Of a stretch of 64,000 nucleotides of DNA, positions 54,593 to 64,000 are shown one piece after another (position 1 is the stretch's first letter; each line of letters starts with the position of its first letter). The notes under the pieces are model-generated. The model was not told the DNA's origin. It saw only the letters and a list, made by a program, of their open reading frames with translations, and did no database searches. Made by a program: the position numbers and the translations under genes. The stretch covers positions 68,314-132,313 of the forward strand of contig CAVSQB010000018.1 in the NCBI GenBank assembly GCA_963729895.1. Reading direction: 5' to 3'. The DNA comes from an uncultured Fibrobacterota bacterium (GTDB taxonomy: Bacteria > Fibrobacterota > Chitinivibrionia > Chitinivibrionales > FEN-1185).

Positions 54593-55252
54593 TCAATGAT
54601 GCCGGAGTGCTTCAGCATTTTTCTCGGAGACCTTTTTGTAAAGGCCATGCCGCCTGATGTACCGGGCGACGTCGGCAGGCAACAAGTACTCGCAGGAGTA
54701 GCCGTTTTCGAGGTAGCGCCGTATCAGGGTTGAGCTGAGCGCCCATTCCGGCGAAGGGAAGGTCTTCATGACGGCCGAGCCGAGCTCCGGCGGAACATGG
54801 AGGGCGTGGCCGGGCCTGTGCGCAACGCAGAGCGTCACGAGGGCAAGGATTTCACGGTAGCGGTTCCACGTGGCAATCTCATTGAGGTTATCGGAGCCAA
54901 TGATAAAATAAAGCGGCCTCGACCGGTGCCTGCCCGCTATCTCTTGAATCGTATCAATGGAGTAGGAAATACCGCCGCGCCGAATCTCCCCGTCCCACAC
55001 TACCAGCGAGGAGGACCCATTCGCGGCAAGTTTGGCCATTGCGAGCCGGTGCTCGGTGCTCGTAATATCCGCATCGTACTTGTGCGGCGGCATTCCGGAC
55101 GGGACAAGGTATACTTTTTCGAGCCCGAAATAGTCCCGTGCAAGGCAGGCGACCGCGCAGTGGCCGTTATGAATAGGATTAAAGATGCCGCCGAGAATTC
55201 CAAGGGCGGATTTGGGATGGTGGGACGGCGTTGCGCGACGTAACATTTTCAT
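54593..55252 (-). CDS. nadD: nicotinate-nucleotide adenylyltransferase
   Basis: GILGGIFNPIHNGHCAVA (the (H/T)xGH motif), SSTLIR near the C-terminus, and typical size. Confidence 0.85.
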   Translation of the reverse strand: MKMLRRATPSHHPKSALGILGGIFNPIHNGHCAVACLARDYFGLEKVYLVPSGMPPHKYDADITSTEHRLAMAKLAANGSSSLVVWDGEIRRGGISYSIDTIQEIAGRHRSRPLYFIIGSDNLNEIATWNRYREILALVTLCVAHRPGHALHVPPELGSAVMKTFPSPEWALSSTLIRRYLENGYSCEYLLPADVARYIRRHGLYKKVSEKNAEALRHH

Positions 55253-55390
55253 TTCCTGCCACTTTGAATAAGCATTTGCGTCATGCCTTCGGCAGTGGTT
55301 TTAGGGGAAACCCCCGCCTATGGCGGGAGAGCAGGACGGCTACGTAACGGCACAGATGCCGTTTCTTTTTTCGCGGCCTATTGGCCGCTT

Positions 55391-55417
55391 CAAAAAGCCC
55401 TCGCCCATGGCGGGGGT
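55391..55417 (-). terminator. putative intrinsic terminator of the bamD-like gene
   Basis: Minus strand: CCCCCGCC-ATG-GGCGAGGG followed by CTTTTTG, 64 nt after the stop. Confidence 0.5.
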
Positions 55418-55480
55418 TGTTTACTAAGTGCCGGCTCTAACCTCGTGATACGCGCGATGTAAAGACCCATTGACACGGCG

Positions 55481-56236
55481 TTACTTTGCGGGCAATTTCG
55501 ATTTCAGGAGTTGTGCCTTTCTCAGAATGGCCTCGTCTTTGGTCTGGTGCAGCAGTTCCTCAAGGACCGATGCCGCCTCGGACGCCCTGTTTGTCTTCTC
55601 CAGGTCTTCTGCCGTGCCCAACAGGGCCAAGGGGACAAACTTGCTTTGCGGATATTCGTCGATCACCACTTTGTAATAGACGATTGCTGCCTCATACTGC
55701 TCTATTCTCTCGTAGAAACGGGCGTTCTCAAATTCCTTTTCCGCAAATTTTGCGTCCGCCTTGTCAATATACGCGCGAGCGCTGTCGGCAAACGGGCTCC
55801 TGGGAAACAGCTCCACGAAATCCTTGAGCCGTGTCTGGGCTTCTTTCGTCGAGGTCTGGTCGAGCTCTATTGAATGTGACGAAAGGAACATTGTGTAACC
55901 GACAAGATAGTACGATTCCTCGTAAAACGGCGAGCTGGGGTAGGTCTGAACAATGCGGTCAAATTCCGTTTTCGCCTCGTCGTTCTTTTTGAGCGCGAGC
56001 AGGGACTTCGCCTGGTAATACAGCATCGAATCGTACGCGTTGTGGCCAGGGCACTGGGCGAGGACCTCGGCAAGAATGTTGGTGACGTCGTAATACTTCT
56101 TCTTGTTGTACTTTTCAACAGCCTTAGCAAGCTGGCCACTGCAGTCAAACAGTTTTTTCGGCTTCGCTGATGCCGAAACCGCAATGACTGCGGCAAGCAG
56201 CAGGGAAAGAAGAATCCGACTTCCGGATGTTCGCAT
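55481..56236 (-). CDS. bamD: BamD/YfiO-like TPR lipoprotein
   Basis: Signal peptide. Repeated F..YP.S.....A pattern (VQTYPSSPFYEESYY, VELFPRSPFADSARAY, IDEYPQSKFVPLALL) typical of BamD-family proteins. Confidence 0.55.
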   Translation of the reverse strand: MRTSGSRILLSLLLAAVIAVSASAKPKKLFDCSGQLAKAVEKYNKKKYYDVTNILAEVLAQCPGHNAYDSMLYYQAKSLLALKKNDEAKTEFDRIVQTYPSSPFYEESYYLVGYTMFLSSHSIELDQTSTKEAQTRLKDFVELFPRSPFADSARAYIDKADAKFAEKEFENARFYERIEQYEAAIVYYKVVIDEYPQSKFVPLALLGTAEDLEKTNRASEAASVLEELLHQTKDEAILRKAQLLKSKLPAK

Positions 56237-56561
56237 CGTTATTCCTGTTTTGTTAAGAATCGCAGGGCCGCCGGGGGAAGCCTTCGAACCGATACTTTCT
56301 TCCAAAATACTTTGTATCCCGGGGAAGTAGTAAGAAGTGGTTTATGGGGTGCAGAAAAACAAGCGCATGCGGAGCGCATATCGGGCTTGATCCGAGCGTT
56401 ACCGGCTTTATCGGCACGACGCATCGGCTTTGTCGACAGATTCCTTGAAGGCGCCTGCACAAGGAGGTATTTTCAAACAAGTTGCGCATTACATCTTTTT
56501 GCGGTTTTCCAGATGCTCGCAACCGTATGCGTACTGCGGGAGACTGCTTCTTGCGGAAATA

Positions 56562-58059
56562 ATGATCCTTTACCGATATATTGTCCGTGAACATATCCTC
56601 CCGTTCTTCTATTCTCTCGGGATTCTCATCTTCATTTTCGCGATGCAACTTGCGGTGCAGCTCCTGCCGAGCATTATCGCCAAGGGGCTCAACCCGGGCG
56701 TTGTCTTCGAAATCTTCCTTATCAACATTGCCTGGGTGGTGGCGCTGGCGATTCCCATGTCGATTCTCGTGTCCACGCTCATGGCGTTCGGCCAGATGTC
56801 CGGCGATAACGAGATCATGGCGATCAAGGCATCGGGCCACAATCTGACTTTTCTGCTGACGCCGGTGCTTGCGGGCGCATGCGTGTTTACCGTTCTCACC
56901 ATCTATTTCAATAACGACATATTGCCGGACGCAAACCACCGCGCCGCAAACCTTCTCACCGATATCTCGCGAAAGAAGCCGGCCGCCCTTGTGGAGCCGG
57001 GCGTGCTTATTACCTCCTTCGAGAACTATGCTTTGTTTGTCAAGAAGGTGAACGCAAGGTCCGGTGAACTCAAAGATGTCAAAATCTTCTCCCAGGTTCC
57101 CGGCGAAGACCCCTCGACGACGGTGGCCGAGCGCGGCGAGCTGTCATTGACAAAAGACGAGAAGTTGCTCAGGCTCACCCTGTACAACGGCGAGACCCAC
57201 CGGCAGAGCTCAAAGAACAAAAAGGAGTATTTTGTGTGCCGGTTCCGCACGCAGGTATCCTTTATCAAGAACGTGGACACCGAGCTGAAGCGCACAAACA
57301 GTACCTATCGCGGCGAGCGCGAGAATGAGCTCTCAGATGATGCTCGCGGAAGTCGCCCAATATACGCAATCAAAGGAGAGCTACCTCAAAAGCTTCGGCC
57401 TGATCATCGACACGACGCTGGCAAACATCGACTCTCTTGAGCAGCTTGCCGCGCATCGCGATTTTTTTACGCAAAAGGACTCGGCAGCGGACTCGACCCG
57501 CACTTTTGCAGCATGGCTCTCGTCATTCTCCGCCCCCAACTCCCACGAAATCGCGGCATCGGAGGCGCGGCGCGAAACGAGCGTGACCGGCCGCCTTGTT
57601 TCGCAACTCAAGTATGAGGAAATGAAAATAAGCCAGCTTATGGTTGAGGTGCATAAGAAGTTTTCGATCCCGGTTGCCTGCATTGTGTTCGTGCTCATCG
57701 GCGCGCCCCTCGGCATCATGGCCAAACGCGGCGGCATCATGGTAGGTGCCGCGTACAGCCTGTTCTTCTTTATTGTCTACTGGGCCTTTCTCATCGGCGG
57801 CGAATCGCTTGCCGACAACTGCGTCATTTCCCCGTTTGCCGCCATGTGGACGGCGAACATCGTGATCGGTGTGTGCGGACTATTCCTGCTCTTTCTCATG
57901 ACGAAAGAAACGAAGTTCATCTCGTTTTCGTTCCTTGTGAGGTTCTACCATTCTGTGTTCGGCAGACCCGCGCAGGCTGCCCGGCACGATCCGCCGCGGG
58001 GCGTTGTTGCAGGCCTGCGTGCCGCCGTGGCGGGATGCGTCAATTACCCGTATCGTCTG
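56562..58059 (+). pseudogene. lptF: LptF/LptG-family permease (LptF-like), apparent +1 frameshift near 57322 and no stop before the next permease
   Basis: N-terminal half (MILYRYIVREHILPFFYSLG..., GDNEIMAIKASG) is in frame 0 up to about 57322. The continuation (MSSQMMLAEV...HKKFSIPVACIVFVLIGAPLGIMAKRGG...) is in frame +1. It reads without a stop into the LptG-like ORF. Confidence 0.6.
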
Positions 58060-59166
58060 ATGAGCAGAATCATCGGTATTCTGTCCGCCTATCTCATCCG
58101 CAAATTCGTCGGATATTTCGGCGGGCTGTTTATTGTTATCGTGATCGTCTTCGTGATAGTTGACTACGTTTCCAATCTCAGGCGGTTCGAGGGCGCGTCG
58201 TTCTTCACTGTGGCGCTTTTCTACTGGTATTACCTGCCGTGGCTTTTCGGCTTTGTCTTCCCTATTGTCATCCTGCTGTCGACCATGTCGGCAATCGGGT
58301 CCATGGCGCGCCAGAACGAACTCACCGCCATCAAGGCCGCAGGCGTCAATGTCCGGCAGCTTACCACGCCGCTGCTGGTCCTCGGGGTTCTGCTTGCCGC
58401 GTTCGGATTTTTCATAAGCGAGGGGGTGCTTCCAAAGGCGAACACGGCGAGGCGTGAACTCACCGAGCAGATGGGCCAGGACAAGGCGGTGCAGGCGCAC
58501 GGTTCTTCCCCGGCGTCTCCGCAGGAATACCGCCGCAATTTTTACTACTTCGGCGACCCCAGGAACATTTATTTCTTCGGGGATTTCAGGACCGAGCCTC
58601 TGTATGCCAGGAACGTGTGGCGCGAGACCTTTGACGGCCCGATTATCATATCGAGGATTACCGCCGACGCCGCTGATTACAGGCACGGTCGGTGGCTTTT
58701 TCTGAACGGCACCAGGAGGACCTTCCGGCGAGACTCCGTTTCCGTATTGACATTCGACACGCTTGTCGATACAATTCTACTGGCGCGGCCCCAGGACATG
58801 GTTGCGCAGATCAGAAGCCCGGAGGAGATGAGCTACTGGGAACTGCAGAGTTTTGTCGACAAAGCCCGACGACGCGGTGAAGACGTGTCGAAGTGGCGCG
58901 CCCAGCTCGACTTCAAGATCGCGCTGCCGTTTTCAATTTGCATTGTGATCCTGCTCGGGATTTCCATTTCGGCCCGGGCCGGAAGAAAAGGAGGGGCAGT
59001 GTTGTTCGGCATCGGCCTCATGCTTTGTTTTTCGTATTGGATCATTTCCCAATTCGCAATTGCATTCGCGCAGAACGGGCAGATGCCCGCCCTGTTCGGC
59101 GCCTGGTTCGGCAACCTGCTTTTTCTCGCGATCGCCCTTCCCTTGTTCAGAAAGGCCTCGCAATGA
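58060..59166 (+). CDS. lptG: LptF/LptG-family permease (LptG-like)
   Basis: MSRIIGILSAYLIRKFVGYFGG..., QNELTAIKAAGVNV, and a C-terminal three-TM block. 368 aa if it starts at the ATG at 58060. Confidence 0.7.
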   Translation: MSRIIGILSAYLIRKFVGYFGGLFIVIVIVFVIVDYVSNLRRFEGASFFTVALFYWYYLPWLFGFVFPIVILLSTMSAIGSMARQNELTAIKAAGVNVRQLTTPLLVLGVLLAAFGFFISEGVLPKANTARRELTEQMGQDKAVQAHGSSPASPQEYRRNFYYFGDPRNIYFFGDFRTEPLYARNVWRETFDGPIIISRITADAADYRHGRWLFLNGTRRTFRRDSVSVLTFDTLVDTILLARPQDMVAQIRSPEEMSYWELQSFVDKARRRGEDVSKWRAQLDFKIALPFSICIVILLGISISARAGRKGGAVLFGIGLMLCFSYWIISQFAIAFAQNGQMPALFGAWFGNLLFLAIALPLFRKASQ

Positions 59167-59546
59167 AAGCGCCGCCCTCCAGGAGACGGGTTCTCATCGT
59201 GGACGACAACCACGACATTCTCGACCTGCTCGAAGTATTCTTGTTTGGAAAGTACGATATTGTTACCGCGCTCAACGGCTTTGAAGGCCTCAAGACCGCG
59301 CGCGAGATGATGCCCGACCTCATTATCACCGACATCATGATGCCGGTGATGGACGGCATCAAGCTTCTCAACAGCCTGCGCGAAGACCCGAAAACGGCCG
59401 GGGTTTCCGTTATCGCAATTACCTCGTTTATTAAGAAAGCAAATATCAAGAGCCTTCTTTCCGTGGGGTTTTCAACGGTGATTACCAAACCCTTCACGAG
59501 GGATTCTATCGTGGGCGCCGTGGAAAAGGCGCTTGCAAAACCATAA
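59163..59546 (+). CDS. single-domain response regulator (CheY-like receiver)
   Basis: RVLIVDDNHDILDLL, the phospho-acceptor region DLIITDIMMPVMDG, and KPF near the end. The ATG overlaps the lptG stop (ATGA). Confidence 0.85.
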   Translation: MKAPPSRRRVLIVDDNHDILDLLEVFLFGKYDIVTALNGFEGLKTAREMMPDLIITDIMMPVMDGIKLLNSLREDPKTAGVSVIAITSFIKKANIKSLLSVGFSTVITKPFTRDSIVGAVEKALAKP

Positions 59547-61323
59547 CCGGGTGCCGGTGCAACAAAAACGACGAACCATTGCCGGGGCAATCGCCCTGAT
59601 CCTTGTCGCGCTCGCCCTCCATGCCGCAGGCGGGGAAGCGGCCGCGCTCGGCGTGCCCGCGGCGCTTGTGACTGCGGCCATTGCTTTGGCGCTTTCCTTT
59701 GCCCGTTGGCGCCGGACGCCGGTCGGGGCGGATTGCCGTGAAAAAGAGGAAGTGTCGCAGCAGGCACTGGCCATAGAAAAGGAAGTTAACCGGGAAACCA
59801 CCCGCGTGGGCGTGCACGTGCTGGGGGCGCAGTATCGCAAGGAGCAATGGAAGGCCATCGAGCTCGTGGTCGACAACATCCTCGAAACGTACCTGCAGCT
59901 CATGCGGCGCAGGCTTGATGCACAGACCATTGCCATCCTGTTCCCGACCGCTGACGGAGGATACACCATCCGTAAATACGATTCCACGAGCGACTGCATC
60001 AACGCCGAGGCCGTGATTTATCCGGGCAAAGGGGTGCTGGGCAGCTTTCTCAAAGGCGGACTCAAACAGCTCAACCTCCACGATATCGTGAGCGACAGCG
60101 TCACCCTTTACTATTACACGCGGGACGCGGGCATTCGTTCCCTTATGGCAAGCCCTATCGTAGCCGACGACGGCGTTGAGCGCGGTACCGTCATTGTGGA
60201 CAGCACCGAGCAGAAGCATTTCTCCGAGGAGGACCACGCATACCTGGCCACGGTGGCGCACCTTATCGGCATGTCGGTCTATTACGCCTATGTCTGCAAC
60301 GATCACAAGCTTGAGCACCAACGCATCGCGGCCATGAGTACCATCGAGAAGGACTTCTTCCAGAACCTGGACATCGACGCCATACTGGACAAGATGATTG
60401 AGATCATCCCGTTTGCCATTTCCTGCGACCGAATCACCCTCAGCCTCCGCACTGTCGGCACGGCCACCGCAACGGTGCACAGGGCTTGGGGCGCGCAGGC
60501 GGAAAATTTCAAGGGGCTCACTTTTTCGCTCAATGACAAATCGCTGGTAAGCCTCCTCTATGTCAAGAATATGGCGTTTTCGCGTAATTTCGCCGACGAC
60601 CGGCAGGAGATCCGGTACGCCGGCGGGGAACCTGCCGCGGGCGACGCGCAGTCGTTCCTCGCATTTCCGATCGGAGTTGACGAATGCAAGGGCGCCATAC
60701 TCCTGGAATCCGCCCGGAAGGACGCCTTTTCCGACTCGAACCGCGACTTGCTCGCGCGTATCGCCACGTCGGCGGGGCTTGCCATCGAGAAGCTGCAGGT
60801 CTTTGCACAGGCGCAAAATCTTGCCACGCACGACGGGCTCACCGGCCTCATCAACCACCGCCAGTTCCAGTCGGCGCTCAAGGATGAAATCACCCGCGCC
60901 ATCCGCTACGGAGAGCCCCTGTCACTTGCCCTATGCGATATCGATTTCTTTAAGAAGATCAACGACACCTACGGACATCCGTTCGGCGATACCGTGCTCA
61001 AGGAAATCTCGTCGAAACTTTCCGCCAACATCCGCGACGGCATCGACATCGCCGCGCGTTACGGCGGCGAGGAATTCGCGCTCATTCTTGTCAAGACGGA
61101 CGGCCAGACCGCAATGGAAACGGTTGAGCGCCTCCGCCAGAACCTTGCAAATTCGCTGTACAAGGCGCCGCACGGCGAGGAACTCCACGTCACCATGAGC
61201 TTCGGTATTGCCGTGTACGGAACTCATGCCAAACAGCTCGACCAGCTTATCTCCAAAGCCGACAAGGCGCTGTACCGCGCAAAAGAAGCAGGTCGGAACA
61301 GGGTGGAGATGCTGAGCGCATGA
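59533..61323 (+). CDS. diguanylate cyclase with N-terminal TM and GAF-like sensor regions (GGDEF domain)
   Basis: HDGLTGLINHRQF, DIDFFKKINDTYGH, RYGGEEFALIL (GGEEF active site), RAKEAGRNRV. Start approximate. Confidence 0.85.
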   Translation: MQNHNRVPVQQKRRTIAGAIALILVALALHAAGGEAAALGVPAALVTAAIALALSFARWRRTPVGADCREKEEVSQQALAIEKEVNRETTRVGVHVLGAQYRKEQWKAIELVVDNILETYLQLMRRRLDAQTIAILFPTADGGYTIRKYDSTSDCINAEAVIYPGKGVLGSFLKGGLKQLNLHDIVSDSVTLYYYTRDAGIRSLMASPIVADDGVERGTVIVDSTEQKHFSEEDHAYLATVAHLIGMSVYYAYVCNDHKLEHQRIAAMSTIEKDFFQNLDIDAILDKMIEIIPFAISCDRITLSLRTVGTATATVHRAWGAQAENFKGLTFSLNDKSLVSLLYVKNMAFSRNFADDRQEIRYAGGEPAAGDAQSFLAFPIGVDECKGAILLESARKDAFSDSNRDLLARIATSAGLAIEKLQVFAQAQNLATHDGLTGLINHRQFQSALKDEITRAIRYGEPLSLALCDIDFFKKINDTYGHPFGDTVLKEISSKLSANIRDGIDIAARYGGEEFALILVKTDGQTAMETVERLRQNLANSLYKAPHGEELHVTMSFGIAVYGTHAKQLDQLISKADKALYRAKEAGRNRVEMLSA

Positions 61324-61907
61324 TCTCACTCGCCCTCGCCCTCGATCATACGTTGTTCTGTCTTATCAATTCCCACCACGCGCCGTTCTGGGACGGTTTC
61401 TTCTGGACAATCACCTGGCTCGGCAACGGTTGGGTCATTACGCCGATACTGCTCGGAATAACCCTGGCCGTGATTCCCAGAAAGAAATATTGGTTATTCT
61501 TTGCCTTTGCCGCGGGCGGCATGATTCTTTCGAGCGTCATCAATACCCAGATAAAAGACGGTGTACAGCGTCCGCGGCCCCTGGGGTATTTTTCCACGCA
61601 CGCGTCTTCGGACGCCGCAGCGGTACACGGGACCTACAGCGTCCATGTGGTGGGCGAGCCGCTGGCGTGGAGGTCGTTTCCGTCGGGCCACGCCAACACC
61701 GCGTTCTGCGCGGCATGCGTGCTCGCGTTCTTTTTGGGCGGTTGGTACTGGCTGGCGTTTGTGCCTGCGTTTCTCGTGGCCTATTCGCGCGTGTACATGG
61801 GCGTGCACTTTCCGCTTGATGCGGCGGCTGCCGCGGCGCTCGCGCTTGCGGTCATGGGAATTGCAGCCTGGGGCTACCGGTTCACCCTTCGCGCTTTGGA
61901 GAAGTGA
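61320..61907 (+). CDS. PAP2-family phosphatase (membrane)
   Basis: The three PAP2 motifs: K..VQRPRP, PSGH, SRVYMGVHFPLD. Confidence 0.8.
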   Translation: MISLALALDHTLFCLINSHHAPFWDGFFWTITWLGNGWVITPILLGITLAVIPRKKYWLFFAFAAGGMILSSVINTQIKDGVQRPRPLGYFSTHASSDAAAVHGTYSVHVVGEPLAWRSFPSGHANTAFCAACVLAFFLGGWYWLAFVPAFLVAYSRVYMGVHFPLDAAAAAALALAVMGIAAWGYRFTLRALEK

Positions 61908-62662
61908 TGATCCTTGGAAAGAAAGTTGTTGTGGTCCTTCCAGCGTACAATGCGGAAAAGACCCTTCGCAGCACCTACGAAGAAATCCCCAAGACCGTCG
62001 TTGACGAAATAATACTCGTTGACGATGCAAGCAGGGACCATACCGTCGCCGTGGCGCAGGCAATCGGCATCAGGCATGTGGTTCGCCACGAAAAGAACCG
62101 CGGCTATGGCGCCAACCAGAAAACATGCTACGCGAAGGCGCTCGAAATCGGCGCGGACATCGTGGTAATGCTGCACCCGGACTACCAGTATACGCCGAAG
62201 CTCATTCCCGCTATGGTCAGCATTATCGCGAGCGGCCTGTATCCTGTCGTGCTCGGCTCGCGCATCCTGGGCAAGGGAGCGCGCAGCGGCGGCATGCCGC
62301 TGTACAAATACCTTTCCAACCGCTTCCTCACGCTCGCGCAGAACGTTCTCATGGGCCAGAAGTTGTCCGAATACCACACCGGCTACCGTGCGTTTTCGCG
62401 CGAGGTGCTGGAAAGAATCAGCCTGCGGGAGAATTCCGACGATTTCGTGTTTGACAATCAGATGCTGGCCCAGATCTGCTTTGCCGGGTTCGAAATCGCC
62501 GAGGTGACATGCCCCACAAAGTATTTCAAGGAAGCGTCGTCGATAGATTTTGCGAGGAGCGTAAAGTACGGGCTGGGCGTGCTGGGCGTGGCGGTGGGGT
62601 ACAGGATGCAGAAGTGGGGGCTTGGGAAATTCGGGATATACGGAACCTCAAATCTCACTTGA
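61904..62662 (+). CDS. family 2 glycosyltransferase (polyprenol-phosphate sugar transferase-like, soluble type)
   Basis: VVVVLPAYNAEKTL, ILVDDASRDHT, HEKNRGYGANQK, HPDYQY. IS copy B begins 22 bp after the stop. Confidence 0.8.
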   Translation: MMILGKKVVVVLPAYNAEKTLRSTYEEIPKTVVDEIILVDDASRDHTVAVAQAIGIRHVVRHEKNRGYGANQKTCYAKALEIGADIVVMLHPDYQYTPKLIPAMVSIIASGLYPVVLGSRILGKGARSGGMPLYKYLSNRFLTLAQNVLMGQKLSEYHTGYRAFSREVLERISLRENSDDFVFDNQMLAQICFAGFEIAEVTCPTKYFKEASSIDFARSVKYGLGVLGVAVGYRMQKWGLGKFGIYGTSNLT

Positions 62663-62683
62663 TGATCGAGACCGGAAAACCGT

Positions 62684-64000
62684 CTAGCAGGGTGTTGAAA
62701 AAGTCTCCCTTTTGTAAACATTTATCCTTATATTATAGGGGAACCCCAACCAAGGAGTATTGATGAGAGGTTCCCAGCCAGCCCAAGGCGGTATGTTCAG
62801 CTTCGTTTCTCCGGATTCCCGAGTGCCGGCAACGCACCCGCTTCGTCGTGTCAAACAGTTTACGGACATAGCGCTGCGCCGCCTTTCTCGTGACTTTGAG
62901 GCGATGTACAGCCGGATGGGACGCCCTTCGATACCGCCGGAATGGCTTTTGAAAGCACAGATATTGATGGCTTTGTTTTCGATACGGTCGGACCGGTTGT
63001 TTTGCGAGATGCTGGACTATAACATTCTGTTCCGATGGTTTCTTGACATGGATCTGGATGCGGCATCGTTTGATCATAGTGTGTTTTCGAAGAACCGAGA
63101 TCGACTTATGGAACAGGAGATTGCGCACCGGCTGATGCAGGAAATCGTGCGTCTTGCTCGTTCCGAAGAGTTGTTGTCCGATGAGCATTTCACGGTTGAC
63201 GGCACGTTGATTGAAGCCTGGGCATCGATGAAGAGCTTCAAGCGAAAAGACGCGGAATCGGCGAACAAGACTGACGATGATCGGAGTAATCCGTCGGTTG
63301 ATTTCCACCATGAGAAGCGAAGCAATGAGACACATCAGAGTTCGACCGATCCAGAGGCGCTGTTGGCTCGGAAGAACAAGAGAACGGGAGCGCAGCTGGC
63401 GTATTCCGGTCACGTGCTGATGGAAAACCGAAATGGGTTGTGTGTTGATATCGCCATTGCGCCAGCGACGGGGACAGCGGAACGGGATATGGCGCTTGAG
63501 CTGATAAAGCATGAACGCAGGCGCGGAAAACGCCGGATGAAGACGGTGGGTGCAGACAAAGGGTATCATGCAACCGAATTTATCAAGAGCCTGCGACGCC
63601 TGCACGTGAAGCCTCACATTGCCGAGAAGGCCAACACTTCGCTTAAAGGGTTGGATGGAAGAACGACTCGGCATAAGGGATACAGCGTAAGTCAAAGGAA
63701 ACGAAAACGGGTTGAAGAGATATTTGGGTGGATCAAGAGCGTCGGTGGCCTGCGGAAAACTCGGGTAAGAGGAATACGAATCAACCAGACTGTTGCCTAC
63801 GTGGTTGCCGCAGCGTACAACTTGATACGCATGGTTAAGTTGATGCCGCAAACGGTGGGGGCAGCATGAGAATGGCCTGGGAATCCGGGGAAATGCCTCG
63901 GAACGAGGCAGGTAAAACCTCTCTGACATATGTAAAGTTGAAGTTAGGTTCATAAAAAATCAACAAGAGCGCTTCTGTTAGGACTATTTCAACAACCTGC
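62684..64000 (+). mobile_element. IS5-family insertion sequence, copy B (window ends about 3 bp short of the predicted outer terminus)
   Basis: Reverse complement of copy A over its whole visible length. I saw two substitutions; one changes R to L in the transposase and one is synonymous. The inner junction is again CTAG. Confidence 0.85.
62760..63869 (+). CDS. IS5-family DDE transposase (369 aa), copy B
   Basis: Identical to the 4376-5485 product except DPEALLARK versus DPEARLARK. Confidence 0.9.
   Translation: MMRGSQPAQGGMFSFVSPDSRVPATHPLRRVKQFTDIALRRLSRDFEAMYSRMGRPSIPPEWLLKAQILMALFSIRSDRLFCEMLDYNILFRWFLDMDLDAASFDHSVFSKNRDRLMEQEIAHRLMQEIVRLARSEELLSDEHFTVDGTLIEAWASMKSFKRKDAESANKTDDDRSNPSVDFHHEKRSNETHQSSTDPEALLARKNKRTGAQLAYSGHVLMENRNGLCVDIAIAPATGTAERDMALELIKHERRRGKRRMKTVGADKGYHATEFIKSLRRLHVKPHIAEKANTSLKGLDGRTTRHKGYSVSQRKRKRVEEIFGWIKSVGGLRKTRVRGIRINQTVAYVVAAAYNLIRMVKLMPQTVGAA

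Noticed and set aside
4242-64000. The two IS5 copies as the arms of a 60-kb composite transposon
   Set aside because: The enclosed DNA is dominated by single-copy essential housekeeping genes (parE/parC, smc, murJ, lptFG, purB). Inverted IS copies acting as a recombination/inversion substrate is the more parsimonious reading.
1-64000. Search for CRISPR arrays, rRNA, tRNA, tmRNA, RNase P and SRP RNA signatures, reverse transcriptases (retron/DGR) and known multi-gene defence systems
   Set aside because: I saw no regularly spaced direct repeats, no T-loop/acceptor-type tRNA signatures outside coding frames, no RT motif (YxDD) protein, and no recognisable defence gene cluster. This is an eye-scan only. 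tRNAscan-SE, Infernal/Rfam, minced and DefenseFinder should be run to confirm.

Overview
64 kb chromosomal segment from a moderately GC-rich Gram-negative bacterium. The envelope genes (BamD-like, LptF/LptG, MurJ, class A PBP) and two secreted proteins ending in Por/T9SS-type C-terminal domains suggest an FCB-group-like organism; this taxonomic call is inference only. Most of the window is housekeeping: parE/parC, smc, purB, nadD, murJ, lptFG, a PBP, an ABC exporter pair, a receiver plus GGDEF pair, and several glycosyltransferases. Three things stand out. (1) Two near-identical IS5-family copies (about 1.32 kb, 2 substitutions seen) sit in inverted orientation at 4242-5561 and 62684 to the window end, bracketing about 57 kb of core genes. 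(2) A compact, roughly 11 kb Mu-type transposable element lies between a hisJ-like gene and smc (about 20.3-31.4 kb). It has a complete c / ner-like / MuA-like / MuB-like module, but its only structural genes are a DUF2313 (gp48-like) and a baseplate-J-like gene, together with a Mor-like gene, unknown ORFs, and a repeat-rich 780-bp non-coding left end. (3) Three genes are broken by frameshifts: a GT2 at a C10/A8 homopolymer, a zinc alcohol dehydrogenase, and lptF. These could be phase variation, gene decay or assembly error, and sequence alone cannot separate them. No rRNA, tRNA or CRISPR array was recognised. Many long ORFs in the supplied track are antisense shadows of real genes and were not called.
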